Part shown: positions 39,862 through 51,180 of the stretch, in pieces
Layout of the letters: the number at the start of each line of letters is the position of its first letter
How positions within the stretch are numbered: the stretch's first letter is position 1
DNA from: Mustelus asterias
Taxonomy: Eukaryota
Assembly (NCBI RefSeq): GCF_964213995.1
Contig: NC_135808.1
Span: 7,440,001 to 7,504,000 of the forward strand
Reading direction: 5' to 3'
Length of the DNA: 64,000 bases
Made by a program: the position numbers and the translations under genes
The notes under the pieces: model-generated
The model's database searches: none
The model's input: the letters and a program-made list of their open reading frames with translations, nothing else
What the model was told of the DNA's origin: nothing

Positions 39862-42800
39862 ATATTACAGCGGTGCAGAGGGAGGACAATTCGGAGGAGT
39901 CGTGTAGCGAGTCACTCTGGGTGGAGCTTAGAAACAGGAAAGGCGCAGTCACTATGTTGGGGGTGTACTACAGGCCCCCCAACAGCCCAAGAGAAGTGGA
40001 AGAATGGATATGTCAGGAGATACTGGATAGGTGCAGGAAATATAGGGTTGTTGTAGTGGGAGACTTCAATTTCCCTGGTATAGACTGGAAATCGCTGAGG
40101 GCAGGGACTCTGGATGGTGAGGCATTTGTAAAATGTGTACAGGAGGGTTCGTTGGAACAATATGTGGACAGCCCAACTAGAGAGGGGGCTATACTGGACC
40201 TGGTGCTGGGGAATGAGCCCGGTCAGGTCTTCAAAGTTTTGGTTGGGGAACATGTGGCAAATAGTGACCACAATTCTGTTAGCTTTAGGATAGTGATGGA
40301 AAAGGATGAGTGGTGTCCCAAGGGTAAGGTGTTGGATTGGGGGAAGGCTAACTTTATTGGGATCAGGCAGAAATTGGCAGCTCTTGATTGGGAGAGGCTG
40401 TTTGAGGGTAAATCCACATCTGGTATGTGGCAGTCTTTTAAGGAACGGTTGTTAGGGCTACAGGACAAGCATGTGCCTGTAAAAAAGAAGGATAGGAAGG
40501 GTAGGATTAGAGAACCGTGGATAACCAGGGAAATTGAGGGACTGGTCAAAAGGAAAAGAGAGGCGTATGTTAGGTCCAAGGAGCTAAAAACGGAGGGAGC
40601 TCTGGAGGAGTATAATGAAAGTAGGAAAATACTCAAACGGGGAATTAGAAGAGCAAAAAGGGGTCACGAAATGTTCTTGGCAGACAGGATTAAGGAGAAT
40701 CCCAAGGCATTTTATTCATACGTTAGGAACAAAAGGGTTGTTAGGGAAAAAATCGGACCTCTCAGGGACAAAAGTGGGGACTTATGCTTGGAGCCCAAAG
40801 AGGTAGGGGAGATCCTAAATGAATACTTTGCGTCGGTATTCACTAAGGAGAGGGATGTGTTGACTGGGAGTGTCTCGGAGGGGAGTGTTGAACCGTTGGA
40901 GAAAATCTCCATTACAAAGGAGGAAGTGTTAGGTTTGTTAGAGAATATAAAGACTGACAAATCCCCAGGGCCTGATGGAATCTATCCAAGGCTGCTCAGG
41001 GAGACGAGAGGTGAAATCGTTGGGCCTCTGACGCAATTCTTTGTCTCGTCATTGGACACAGGTGAGGTCCCAGAGGATTGGAGGATAGCCAATGTGGTCC
41101 CGTTATTTAAGAAGGGGAGGAAGGATAACCCGGGTAATTATAGGCCGGTGAGCTTGACGTCCGTGGTGGGGAAGTTGTTGGAGAAGATTCTTAAAGATAG
41201 GATGTATGCGCATTTAGAAAGGAATAAACTCATTAACGATAGTCAACATGGTTTTGTGAGAGGGAGGTCATGCCTCACGAACCTGGTGGTGTTTTTTGAA
41301 GAAGTGACCAAAATGGTTGACGAAGGAAGGGCCGTGGATGTTGTCTATATGGACTTTAGTAAAGCATTTGACAAAGTCCCTCATGGTAGGCTAGTGAAAA
41401 AGGTTGGATCCCATGGGATAAAGGGGGAGGTGGCTAGATGGGTGGAGAACTGGCTTGGTCATAGAAGACAGAGGGTGGTAGTGGAAGGGTCTTTTTCCGG
41501 CTGGAGGCCTGTGACTAGTGGTGTACCGCAGGGCTCTGTATTGGGACCTCTGCTGTTTGTGAATTATATAAATGATCTGGAAGAAGGAGTAACTGGGGTG
41601 ATCAGTAAGTTTGCGGACGACACAAAACTGGCAGGACTTGCAGATAGTGAGGAACATTGTCAGAGGCTACAGAAGGATATAGATAGGCTGGAAATTTGGG
41701 CAAGGAAATGGCAGATGGAGTTCAATCCTGATAAATGCGAAGTGATGCATTTTGGTGGGAATAATGTAGGGAGGAGCTACACGATAAATGGAAGAACCAT
41801 AAAGGGTGTAGAGACGCAGAGGGACCTGGGTGTGCAAGTCCACAGATCCTTGAAGGTGACGTCACAGGTGGAGAAGGTGGTGAAGAAGGCATATGGCATG
41901 CTTGCCTTTATAGGACGGGGCATAGAGTATAAAAGTTGGGGTCTGATGTTGCAGATGTATAGAACGTTGGTTCGGCCGCATTTGGAATACTGCGTCCAGT
42001 TCTGGTCGCCACACTACCAGAAGGACGTGGAGGCTTTGGAGAGAGTACAGAGGAGGTTTACCAGGATGTTGCCTGGTATGGAGGGGCTTGGTTATGAGGA
42101 GAGATTGGGGAAACTGGGGTTGTTCTCCTTGGAAAGACGGAGGATGAGGGGAGACTTAATAGAGGTGTATAAAATTATGAAAGGCATAGATAGGGTGAAC
42201 GGTGGGAAGCTTTTCCCCGGGTCGGTGGTGACGTTCACGAGGGGTCATAGGTTCAAGGTGAAGGGGGGGAGGTTTAACACAGATATCAGAAGGACATATT
42301 TCACACAGAGGGTCGTGGGGGCCTGGAATGTGTTGCCGGGCAAGGTGGTGGAGGCGGACACACTGGGAACGTTTAAGACTTATCTAGACAGCTATATGAA
42401 CGGAGTGGGAATGGAGGGATACAAAAGAGTGGTCTAGTTTGGACCAGGGAGCGGCGCGGGCTAATTGTTCCTGGTTTCTCGTTTCAAGGCTTCATTCTAT
42501 GATCATCTTGCTGGTGCCAGTACAGAGTGAGACTGCGGATAGTTGGGAACCTGTCTCGGGGGCAGGGAATTCATATGGTGTTCGTGGAAGTGGAAATGAC
42601 TAGGGTTGGGAAGCATTTTCCGATCGGGGCCATTGTGATCTCCTGGACTCGTTTCGATCGCCTCAGGGGGTCGGAGAGGAATTTCCCAGATTTTTTTTCC
42701 CCATATTGGCCCTGGGGTTTTTCACTCTGGGTTTTCGCCTCTCCCTGGAGATCACATGGTCTGGAATGGGGGGTGGGGGTAAGTTAATAGGTTGTAATGA

Positions 42801-42980
42801 ACAAAGCACCGTAGCTGTGAGGGACAGCTCGGTGGATAGGATATTGGTATGTAGATAGGCTGGAAAATTGGGCGGGGATCCTGGATTCAGGATTCAATCC
42901 TGGACCGGGGAGCGGCGCGGGCTTGGGGGGCCGAAGGGCCTGTTCCTGTGCTGTATTGTTCTTTGTTCTTTGTTCTTTGA
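39862..42980 (+). mobile_element. Young 5'-truncated CR1 LINE with an uninterrupted ORF2 remnant (partial endonuclease plus full RT, stop at 42437)
   Basis: YYRPP, VVGDFNFP, SDHN, KSPGPDG, QHGF, DFSKAFDKVPH, GVPQGSVLGP and FADDTK; (TTCTTTG)n tail. Abuts a truncated SINE (39655-39861, -). Confidence 0.95.
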
Positions 42981-43132
42981 CACGGGGAGAAAATGGCCCA
43001 TGGTCTCTATTTCTAAGAACGCCCGAGTTGGTTGATGTCAGCAAAAAGCGGACATTCTGGGGTGCAGAATGGTTGCGACAATTGAACTCAATTGCGGGTT
43101 AATTGCAGGCATGGAATAGAAAAGATTAAGCA

Positions 43133-43800
43133 CTTGCATTTATATAGCGCTATACACGACCAGGGGACGTCTCAAATTTATAGAAACATAGGAAATAAAC
43201 GGGGAAGTAGGCCATTCGGCCCTTCAAGCCTGCTCCGCCATTCGTTTGATCATGGCTGATCATCAAAATTCAAAATCCTGATTCCACCTTCCGTACCACC
43301 CCCCTCCCCACGCACCTCCCCCCTCCTCCCCCCCCCCCCCTCCCAACCATCATATCCCTTGATCCATTTAGCCCCAAGAACTATGTCTCAATTTTTTCTT
43401 GAAATCACATAACGTTTCGGCCTCAACTACTTTCTCTGGTAGTGAATTTCACAGCCAATGACCCACTTTAGCATTGTAATATAGGAAACGCGGCGGTTAG
43501 TTCTACCTCAGCAAGATCCCACATACAGCAAAGTGACAACCAACAAATAATCTGGCAGAGTCTTTTTTTGGATGATGCTGATTGAGGGATAAATGTTGGC
43601 CAGGACACCGAGAGTAACTCCCCTGCTTGCCTCCGAGATAATGTTGTAGGTTATTTTACCTCCAGAACTGTCAGGGCTGTTCAACGTCTCACCCGAAAGA
43701 CAACACCTCCAACAGTGCTACCCTCCCTGCACTCGAGCCCTGGGGCGGACCTGAAACCGATTATTTCGAATTGAAGACCCTACCAACTGAACCACGGCAG
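43133..43800 (-). mobile_element. Ancient Deu-domain SINE (SacSINE1/AmnSINE1-like), interrupted by a CR1 tail (about 43180-43450)
   Basis: On the minus strand: GGTGTTGTCTTTCGGGTGAGACGTTGAAC, GGTGTCCTGGCCAACATTTATCCCTCAATCAGCATC and tail GCGCTATATAAATGCAAG. Family assignment is from recalled consensus. Only the head is copied in arm 1 (36525-36683). Confidence 0.6.
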
Positions 43801-43884
43801 ATAGGAAAATGCAAATAACCTCAGATTGTGTCAGGAACAGCTGCCGTGTTGACGCATGTCTCGAATAACTCCAGGCTCTCATAT

Positions 43885-45212
43885 TATAAGGTGGTGGAAG
43901 GTATTTTGAGAGCACGGATCTACAGGCATTTAGAGACGCAAGGACTGATTAGGGACATTCAGCATGGCTTTGTGAGTGGAAAATCATGTCTCCCAAATTT
44001 GATTGAGTTTTTTGAAGGGTTAACCAAGAAGGTAGATGAGGGCAGTGCAGCTAATGTTGTCTATATGGACATTAGCAAGGCCTTTGACAAGGTACCGCAT
44101 GGTAGGTTGTTGCATAAGGTTAAATCTCATGGGATCCAGGGGTGAGGTAGCTAAATGGATACAAAATTGGCTTAATGATAGAGAGAGTTGCTTTTCAAAC
44201 TGGAGGCCTGCGACCAGCGGTGTGCCTCAGGGATCAGTGCTGGGTCACTGTCATTTGTCATTTACATTAAAGGTTTGGACGACAATTTAGGAGGCATGGT
44301 TAGTACGTTTGCAGATGACATCAAGATTGGTGACATCGTGGACAGTAAAGAAAGTTATCTCCAATTGCAACGCAATCTTGATCAATTGGGCCAGTGGCTG
44401 ACGAATGGCAGATGGAGTTTAATTTAGACAAATGCGAGGTGATGCATTTTGGTAGATTGAACCAGGGCAGGACTTACTCAGTTAAGAGTAGGGCGTTGGG
44501 GAGAGTTACAAAACAAAGAAATCTAGGAGTACATGTTCATAGCTCCTTGAAAGTGGAGTCACAGGTGGACAGAGTGTTGAAGGAGGCATTCAGCATGTTT
44601 GGTTTCATTGGTCAGAACATTGAATACAGGAGTGGGACGTCTTATTGAAATTGTACAAGACATTGGCAAGGACACAGTTGGAATACTGTGTACAGTTCTG
44701 GTCACCTTATTATAGAAAGGATGTTATTAAATTAGAAAGAGTGCAGAAACGATTTACGAGGATGTTACCGGGACTTGATGGTTTGTGTTATCAGGAGAAG
44801 TTGGATAGACTGGGACCTTTTTCTCTGGAGCGTAGAGGACTGAGGGGTGATCTTATAGAGGTCTATAAAATATTGAGGGGCGTAGATCAGCTAGATAGTC
44901 AATATCTTTCCCAAATGTAGGGGAGTCTAAACCTAGAGGATATAGGTTTGAGGGGAGAGATACAAAAGGATCCAGAGGAGTAATTGTTTCACACAGAGGG
45001 TGATGAGTGTCTGGAACAAGCTGCCAGAGGTAGTAGTAGAGGCGGGTACAATTTTGTCTTTTAAAAAGCATTTAGACAGTTACATGGGTAAGATGGGTAC
45101 AGAGTGATATGGGCCAAATGCGGGCAATTGGGGCTAGCTTCGGGGTTAAACAAAAGGGCGGCATGGACAACTTGGGCCGAAGGGCCTGTTTCCATGCTGT
45201 AAACCTCTATGA
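43885..45212 (+). mobile_element. CR1 LINE, 5'-truncated and degenerate (arm-2-specific)
   Basis: QHGFVSGKSCLPNLIEFFE, DISKAFDKVPH, TFADDIK and LERVQKRFTRMLP. Confidence 0.92.
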
Positions 45213-45337
45213 CTTTAAACATAATCATTTGGACATGTTACCAAATGAATACTCGCAGGCTCAGAAACACTTCCATTCGGCCTGTATAATAGGGTACTAT
45301 TTGGTTCGGTATGCTTAAATATAACGAAACTACAAAC

Positions 45338-45448
45338 CTTTTTTTCCCCGCACCACTCGAACTGTCAAAAATACGATGAACACAGCCATTACCGACAGGA
45401 TGCTCAGAACAATAGGTGTTATGCCTCTCTCTGTTTCATTCACGAGGC
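45338..45448 (-). CDS. Gene B exon 3: stalk and uncharged transmembrane helix (CLVNETERGITPIVLSILSVMAVFIVFLTVRVVRGKK)
   Basis: Acceptor TTTATCCTGTTTATGGCAG, 111 nt, phase 1-1, open. About 20 hydrophobic residues then a basic stop-transfer segment; donor AAG|GTTTGT. Confidence 0.85.
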
Positions 45449-46450
45449 CTGCCATAAACAGGATAAACGCAAAGTTTCAATCGATATGGAAACCAGAATT
45501 AGATATAACAGTTTCTGTACTCAGAAGAAATGTTCACAACTTTAAGAAAGAAGTTTCATAGTATTCCGGCCAGAGTTGTGTTCTACCTGCCTACCCAACC
45601 CTCCCCCCCCCCCGACCCCCCACCCCGCTCTCCCCCCCCCCCCCCCGCCTCTCCCTTCTCCACGACACCTCTCTCCCCCGCCCACAGCCCCCCCCCCCCC
45701 CCGACACACACCCACTCCCACCAACACCACCACCCTCTCTTTCAGATGCTGACCTGCATCAACAACATCACTTCCTCGAAACAGAGCTGGGGGGGAAGGC
45801 GGTGTTGGGGGGGTGTGGAAGAGGAGGGAAGATGGCGGGGCTGTAGCTAAGAACAGAATTCAGAAATTAGCCTTTCTCCATGCCAGGGGATAGATGGAGA
45901 TGCATTTTGGGCTAACTTGGAGATATGCGTGAAATAAAAGATGATGAACCAGAAATTGTGGGTTTAAAGTTAATTTATTAATCTCACAAGTAGGATTACA
46001 TTAATTACAATATTGCAATGAAGTTACTGTGAAAATCCCCTAGTCGCCACACTCCGGCGCCTGTTTGGGTACACCGAGGGAGAATTTTGCATGGCCAATG
46101 CACCTAACCAGCACATCTTTCAGGCTGTGGGAGGAAACCAGAGCACCCGGAGGTAACCAACGCAGACACGGGGAGAACGTGCAGAATATGCACAGGCAGT
46201 GACCCAAGGAGGGAATTGAATCGAGGTCCCTGGCGCTGTGAGATAGCAGTGCTCACCAATGTGCCATTGTCACAGGGTGTGAAAATTGAGCTCACCTGAG
46301 ACCACGCTATTATTTCAAGAAAGCACTGAAGGTTATCAGTACAACAGTCATCCAAATCCGCGCTGGGTCACTACTGCGCTGAAGAGATCGCCACTTGTAG
46401 ATGACAGTCAGACAATTCTCTCCTTTCCAGTCCCTGGCGCTATTGTACTA

Positions 46451-46680
46451 TACAGTAAGAAGTTTAACAACACCAGGTTAAAGTCCAACAGGTTTATTTG
46501 GTAGCAAAAGCCACACAAGCTTTCGGAGCTGCAAGCCCCTACTCACCTGAAGAAGGGGCTTGCAGCTCCGAAAGCTTGTGTGGCTTTTGCTACCAAATAA
46601 ACCTGTTGGACTTTAACCTGGTGTTGTTAAATTTCTTACTGTGTTTACCCCAGTCCAACGCCAGCATCTCCGCATCATGG
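46451..46680. mobile_element. Miniature palindromic Penelope-like element terminus with a hammerhead-like core
   Basis: Near-perfect hairpin of about 85-bp arms homologous to the ends of 56580-58045. CTGAAGA...GAAA at 46547-46573; GCTATTGTACT on both flanks. Confidence 0.75.
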
Positions 46681-47551
46681 CTATTGTACTGTAACAGGCA
46701 CCGTTAACACAGGGGCACATGGGCGGGCAAAAATACTCATCTGTAAAGTGCTCCGGTGGTTTCTACGCCCATGGGCGTTGAAAGTAAGAATAATTGTCGT
46801 GTGTAGTGTGGGCCTATTTTGTTATTGTCCATTTCACATTCCCGCGCAACATTGCAAGTCCAATCGCTGTGCTTAGGAATTTTAATTCATCCTGTTTCAA
46901 TAAGAGTAATGTCTACTTGCCAGCATTGGAAATTGTGGGAAGTAACTCAAAGGCCGTCCGACATAGAAAGAGCGTTGGTGATTAAACAATATTGTCAGAG
47001 AAATTAATAAACAGATCTTGCATATATTGCTGTAGGGCTTAAGAGCTGAGTAATGTGTGACGGCAGAATGAGAAAAGATTCGGCGGAACACACTTAGCTC
47101 CAGAAAATTAAAAATAGAACGAAAGAGTTCTTGCTACTGGAAGGCAGAAGTGTCAAAGGGTGCAGGTGGTATGGAGGGTCAGGACAAGCGGTGTACTAGC
47201 ACTGCTGTAAAAACGAGAACAGTGACGACAGAAAGTAACGATAAAACTCCGGATAAGAACGGGGACGATATCATAACACCTTCAGAGTGGGGTGGGTGAA
47301 TGTGCATGGAGGAGGTTGTGCAAATATAATTCATTTTCGAGAATTATTGAGGAAGAAATCGAGGTACGCCAAGTAGAAGAGAAAGAATCAGAGGGAAATG
47401 GAGAAATGAGATTCTCCTGCTCAAAGACAGCACTGGGGCGAAAGGCCATGTCAGCAGCAGGTCCAGTTTGGAATCCATTGCTATGGATCAGGATCAGAAA
47501 GTGTAACGGCAAACTGAATGGTCCAAACCAGGTGACGCGTTCCCATAGCTG

Positions 47552-47858
47552 GGGCGGCACGATGGCACATTGGTTAGCAATGCTGCCTCACAGCGCCAGA
47601 GACCTGGGTTCAATTCGGCCTCGGGTCACTGTCTGTGTCGAGGTTGCACGTTCTCCCCGTGTCTGCGTGGGTTTCCTTCGGCTGCTCCGGTTTCCTCCCA
47701 AATACAGTCCAAAGGTTTGCGGCCATGCTAAATTAACCCTAGTATCTGGGGATTAACAGGGTAAATATAAGGGGTTACGGGCATAGCGCCTGGGTGGGAC
47801 TATAGTCGGTGAAGACTCGATGGACCGAATGGCCTCCTTCTGCACTGTAGGGATTCTG
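47552..47858 (+). mobile_element. tRNA-derived SINE
   Basis: GGGCGGCACGATGGCACATTGGTTAGC...TAGGGATTCT. Confidence 0.85.
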
Positions 47859-48175
47859 ATATTGTATGCTGGCGTCAGGTTAAAAGGAGAGTTGTGTTTT
47901 CAAGAAAGTTAAGCGGAGGAGGGCAAGGGGAGTGTGTTTTTTTTCTAATTCAATCATTTGTCGCTATTAATGCCTCTGCCATAGAAATCTTTCTTCACTC
48001 ATTTTCCAAAGCGACTAAAAGTCTTGAGTTTCACTGGATTTTCCATATATTCCGGTACAATGTTACCCACCCTTTTGCAGACTCCAGGCTCAGTAGAGCA
48101 TTTTCATCCGTTTTGAGAAATTATGTTTACTTGAATCATGCACATTATTCATCATTATTTTAAATGACTACTCAC

Positions 48176-48370
48176 ATTTAACCGTCACAGTGCTGTTTTG
48201 TCTCTTTTCGGTTTTGTCACAGTAATAGACGCCTGAGTCGCCCTCTGTCAAGCCATAGATTTTACAGCAGACTGTTTCTTGTCCAAACGCCGACTGGCCT
48301 CCTGCTGCGTTTATAAAGGGAGAAAACTCAAAAATAGCAGAGGGAATCTGATCTTTAACTTTAAATTCCT
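48176..48370 (-). CDS. Gene B exon 2: internally deleted Ig V-like domain (EEFKVKDQIPSAIFEFSPFINAAGGQSAFGQETVCCKIYGLTEGDSGVYYCDKTEKRQNSTVTVK)
   Basis: Open frame, phase 1-1 from a TAG acceptor (195 nt) or an alternative AAG acceptor at 48352 (177 nt); donor T|GTGAGT. Both ends align to the gene A V exon (YQFPPFITAAEGES; ISGLTEKDSDTYYC). The acceptor is only moderate. Confidence 0.72.
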
Positions 48371-50527
48371 CTAACTTTGCAACGTAGAGTAGCCGACTGC
48401 GTGATGTAGGGAATAAGGAATCTGTTAGTCTCCATTCACAATGTTATTAAGCATTAGTCAATTAGTGATCTATAATATTTATGCGCAGATGCATCAGTCA
48501 CGTGCTACCTTTATAAAGCTGGATTTACTGTGGACCACATGTATCCAAGTTCAAGACGGCGGGCGCAGAAACCCACACATTTTGCATCATGAGTCTGTTG
48601 CTTTTCACAATTTAGTTGACCGAAGAAGTTCACTCTTATCTTTTCTACTGGCGAAATTCTTCAGGAAGAGAAACTTTAGAGCAATCCTTCAAATTATCCT
48701 ATTTTGTTGCCAAAACGGAACAATTAATTTGACTTGGGAATTCTCAATGCATCGTTCTCAAAATGCTGTAATTATTTGCTCAACATGTCTGGTGAGAAGG
48801 CTATCATGTAATGCTGCAACCCGGAAGGATGCCATTCGGCCCATCGCGTCTATGACAGCTGTTTGAAGTAATTATCCAATTTGGGCCCTTCCATTCTCTT
48901 CCTCCATAGACCAGGTCCGATGCACGAATTTATGGTGTTTCTATTCGAAAGGTGCCATTGAATCTATTTTCAAGCATTGAAATTCCATTTGATGATGGCC
49001 CATTGATGAAAACGAAATTCCCCCTAATTTCTCTGTTAAAGGCCCTCATGATCTTTAAACCTCTACTTAACCTTCCCTCATCGTTCTCTGATTTGAGAAG
49101 AGTAATTCAGATCCCTGGTCATTCCACAGTTGCAGTCCCTCGTCCCATGGCAGCAGCACCTTCTCAGGGACAAATACGGCACTAAATGCTTCCCCTGGAC
49201 ACCCCAACAATGAATAAAATAAAAGTCTAAAAGGTTTAATCGGAGTCCCAATTTAAGTGCCACGCCCCTACTCGGAAGCCAAATAACATTTGAAAGACAT
49301 CAAACACCTTTTCATCTATAAGCGGCTTTCTCAAGGTAACTATTAAAGATTACTTATTTATTAGTTACAAGTAAGGCTTACATTAACACTGTAGTGAAGT
49401 TACTGTGAAATTCCCCTAGTTGCCACGCTCCGGTGCCTGCTCGCGGCACTGCACATAACCAGCACGTCTTTGAGGCTGTGGGAAGAAACCGGAGGAAACC
49501 CACGCAGACACAAAGAGAACGTGAAAACTCCGCACACACAATGGCCCAAACCGGGAATCGAACCTAGGTCCTCTAGCGCTGTAAGTCAGCAGTGCTAATC
49601 ACTGTGCCACCGTGTCACCCAGGTTAACCAACCCTTCTGCACACTAGCCGAAACTGAAATGGCCCCGATCTGGCTAGCTTAAATATAGAACTGCTTAAAT
49701 CAAAATAAGTTCCAGATGGATAAACGTGTATAATTAGCATAGACCCTGACTGATGTGACAGTTTTGTACTTTCTACGGCTTTTCCTTCTTCCTTCAAGCA
49801 AACACACTGTACTAATCCATGCTTGGAGTCAGTAAGATGCCAGTTATCAATTATCTTCCCATCTCTCTTCCCGAGAGTTATGCAATGAGCGGCGTTTTAC
49901 TTTTGAAAAATTCCTCATCCGCGTAAGCAAGTGAGATTTGCTTTATTTATTTTCAAGATGAAACAGCAAATACTGCAACAACATTTCTGAATGATAAATA
50001 TTTTCTAATCACAGTCACACACACACGCACAAGAACACACACACAAACGCATAGTTACGCACAAATACACACACACATATAGGATGCCGAGGTCAAAATA
50101 CTGAACACCCCCCTAACAGCTCTGTAAGTGTACCGACATCTCATGGACTGCAGCGGTTCATGAATGAAGCTCATCACCACCTTCTCAAGGGCAATTAGGG
50201 ATGCACAATAGATGGTAGCCTAGACAACGACGCCCACATTCCATGAGAGAATAAAAAACAGATAAGCCACGTAACAAATATACATGTAGGCCAGACCAGG
50301 TAAGGATGACAAACTTCCTTCCCTAAAGACATTTCTGTTGGGTTTTAAAAACAATGAGTTTTAATAGCAATCGATTCCTAGTGATCATTAGATCTTTTAT
50401 TCCAGATTTCACCACCTGCTTTGGTGGGATTCGAAGTGATGTCTCCAGAACATTACCCTGGGTCTCTGGATTACTAGCTTACTGACAATACCCACTGTAC
50501 CACTGCCTTCCCGCCAGAATTAATCAA

Positions 50528-50691
50528 GTTAAAGTCCAACACGTTTATTTGGAATCACGAGTTTTCCGAGATGAGTCACCCGAGGATGGAGCAGAGTTCC
50601 GAAAGCTCGTGATTCCAAATAAACCTGTTGGATTTTAACCTGGTGTATTGAGACTTCTTACTGTGCCACCCCAACGCCAGCATCTTCACAT
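50528..50691. mobile_element. Miniature Penelope-like terminus with a 13-bp target-site duplication
   Basis: CAGAATTAATCAA at 50515-50527 and 50692-50704; a single copy (empty site) in arm 1 near 29654-29666. Confidence 0.8.
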
Positions 50692-51122
50692 CAGAATTAA
50701 TCAACGCTGCATATTGCTACGGAGGATTTACTTTTCAAACGTACCGCGTTGACAAATTGTTACCGCTGGAAATGGCATCAACTGGAATCCGGCTGAATTG
50801 ACGTCCTCACTAATTATAGTCGCTTATTTTATGAAGGCTCGGCTTTCAATATGTTTTTCTCCCGGCTCAGAGAGGTTTCCTTTTCGAACAATATTATCTT
50901 TAATGGTAAGTCGGAAGATGAAGCAACTCTCAGAAGTGATGGAATCGCATATTGTTATGCTCGAATTTTACATTCAATCGATTGAGGATAAATGTAAAAT
51001 TTCTCAGAGAGTGGCATATCACTTTAACGGACTGATAATTCCCGAATTGCCAAAGGCGGCCCATTGAAACTTCCGACGATATTCACTGCATTGTATAATA
51101 GCTCGGAAAAATATGTACTCAC

Positions 51123-51180
51123 CAGTGCATAGGGCGAAGAAAATCAGTCGGATGACAGCAATTCGCTGCATGAATCGCAT
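51123..51180 (-). CDS. Gene B exon 1: signal peptide MRFMQRIAVIRLIFFALCT (in-frame upstream ATG at 51186)
   Basis: 58 nt, phase-1 donor G|GTGAGT. Aligns without gaps to the gene A leader (I..I.LI.F...T). Confidence 0.82.

Noticed and set aside
39666-42437. 923-aa ORF as a novel chimeric protein
   Set aside because: The N-terminal ~65 aa are an antisense SINE read in frame by chance from a GTG; the rest is a 5'-truncated CR1 ORF2.
45530-45850. Proline-rich ORF or G-quadruplex-like tract
   Set aside because: Low-complexity poly-C intronic tract at the edge of an arm-2-specific segment, with no exon signals.
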